Virus record (IMG/VR): IMGVR_UViG_3300047445_000122
DNA: 16,231 nt
Reading direction: 5' to 3' (one strand)
From: a virus
Lineage: Duplodnaviria; Heunggongvirae; Uroviricota; Caudoviricetes
Shown here: piece after piece, positions 15,703-16,231 of the stretch
Position numbering within the stretch: position 1 is the first letter of the stretch
Layout of the letters: every line of letters begins with the position of its first letter
The notes under the pieces: generated by a model
What the model was told of the DNA's origin: nothing
The model's database searches: none
Seen by the model: only the letters and a program-made list of their open reading frames with translations
Made by a program: the position numbers and the translations under genes

Positions 15703-16055
15703 GGGCGAAGCCCGTTGAGCTCCGGGCAGGTGAAATTCGGACAGAACTAGCCCACAGAATCATCCCCAGTTAGGTTCAGATTCTGATGGAAGTTCTGTCC
15801 TGTTGTCCGTAACTGGAGCCAACCCGGAATAACGATTCACACTCACGTGTCGTTATCAGCGTCCACATAGACTTCGAGAGTGAAGCCCTACCGCCCCTGG
15901 ACGCAATCCCATGAAGGGAATACTAGCGGGGTTCGCATTTGGTAGTCCCTGGTATGCGAATTATAAAACACAGCGCCACGTCATAGGTGTTACCGTCACT
16001 GTGAGTTGTACTTAGGGGATTGAACCAGCAAGAATATGCTGGATAAAGGTGAGAA
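15703..16055 (-). ncRNA. Candidate structured non-coding RNA or long structured leader upstream of uvsY (family not recognised)
   Basis: No credible ORF. At least six helices of 6-10 perfect bp plus loop-complementary segments. G-U wobbles extend helices mostly on the minus strand. A TATAAT lies just upstream on the minus strand. Confidence 0.5.
16009..16015 (-). promoter_or_regulatory. Putative late promoter (CTAAGTA) on minus strand, inside the structured region
   Basis: Minus strand reads CTAAGTACAA, identical to the gp3 promoter context. Confidence 0.5.
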
Positions 16056-16066
16056 CCCGGATTATA
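16052..16066 (-). promoter_or_regulatory. Putative -10 promoter element TATAATCCGGGTTCT
   Basis: Exact 15-bp copy of the polymerase upstream motif (13824-13838), same orientation relative to a downstream replication/recombination operon. Confidence 0.6.
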
Positions 16067-16075
16067 CCCTCATGT

Positions 16076-16082
16076 CTAAGTA
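16076..16082 (+). promoter_or_regulatory. Putative late promoter (CTAAGTA) for GIY-YIG gene
   Basis: Motif copy 82 nt upstream of ATG 16165. Confidence 0.65.
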
Positions 16083-16164
16083 TTGAGTTAGAGTGAGGTT
16101 GCCGCCTCAACTCAACCAGCTAGGTCAAACTGGCTGTCCTCAATGCTTTGTATATAGGTTAACA

Positions 16165-16231
16165 ATGAACAACATGTATTACGTGTACCAATTGCGTCGC
16201 GCCGACCGCGATCAACCATTCTATGTTGGTA
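16165..16231 (+). CDS. GIY-YIG endonuclease, N-terminus only (3'-truncated by window edge)
   Basis: Manual translation MNNMYYVYQLRRADRDQPFYVG shows the Y-V-Y-x10-F-Y-V-G GIY-YIG signature. AGGT SD at 16156-16159. Alternative ATG at 16174. Confidence 0.8.
   Translation, partial: MNNMYYVYQLRRADRDQPFYVG

Noticed and set aside
15975-16030. tRNA-like fragments on the minus strand (GGTTCAATCCC; GTGACGGTAACAC)
   Set aside because: The T-like word precedes the D-like word, the stems do not pair, and no cloverleaf can be built.
15715-16066. RNase P RNA resemblance (TCCGGGC ... AGAACCCGGATTA as P4)
   Set aside because: The conserved GAGGAAAGUCC and the other conserved regions are absent, and the 3' word is better explained as the promoter motif shared with the polymerase leader.
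15640-16070. FMN-riboswitch-like words on the plus strand (GGGCAGGTGAAATTC, AGTCCACGAA, GGTGAGAACCCGGAT)
   Set aside because: Order and spacing do not fit the six-helix FMN architecture, the T-loop stems do not pair properly, and wobble evidence favours the minus strand.
15700-16160. Group I intron carrying the GIY-YIG ORF
   Set aside because: No consistent P3-P4-P6-P7 order on either strand (GACTA/TAGTC-like words are misplaced) and no 5' exon is visible. Not fully excluded, because the downstream sequence is missing.

Overview
Core-genome segment of a T4-like myophage (not assignable to a genus from sequence alone; fairly GC-rich, strongly biased codons). Plus strand: 3' part of the large terminase (gp17), tail sheath (gp18, 825 aa, with a three-repeat insertion), a free-standing HNH endonuclease, tail tube (gp19), portal (gp20), gp67-like core protein, prohead protease (gp21), scaffold (gp22) and major capsid protein (gp23). 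A minus-strand block follows: B-family DNA polymerase (gp43, with atypical motif A/B residues) and three small membrane-protein genes, one missed by the ORF track. Then gp3-like tail terminator (+), a PD-(D/E)XK exonuclease and uvsY (-), about 530 nt of non-coding, densely base-paired sequence, and the start of a GIY-YIG endonuclease (+). Late genes share a variant late-promoter motif CTAAGTA. The least explained element is the structured non-coding region at about 15700-16145, which shares an exact 15-bp promoter-like motif with the polymerase leader.
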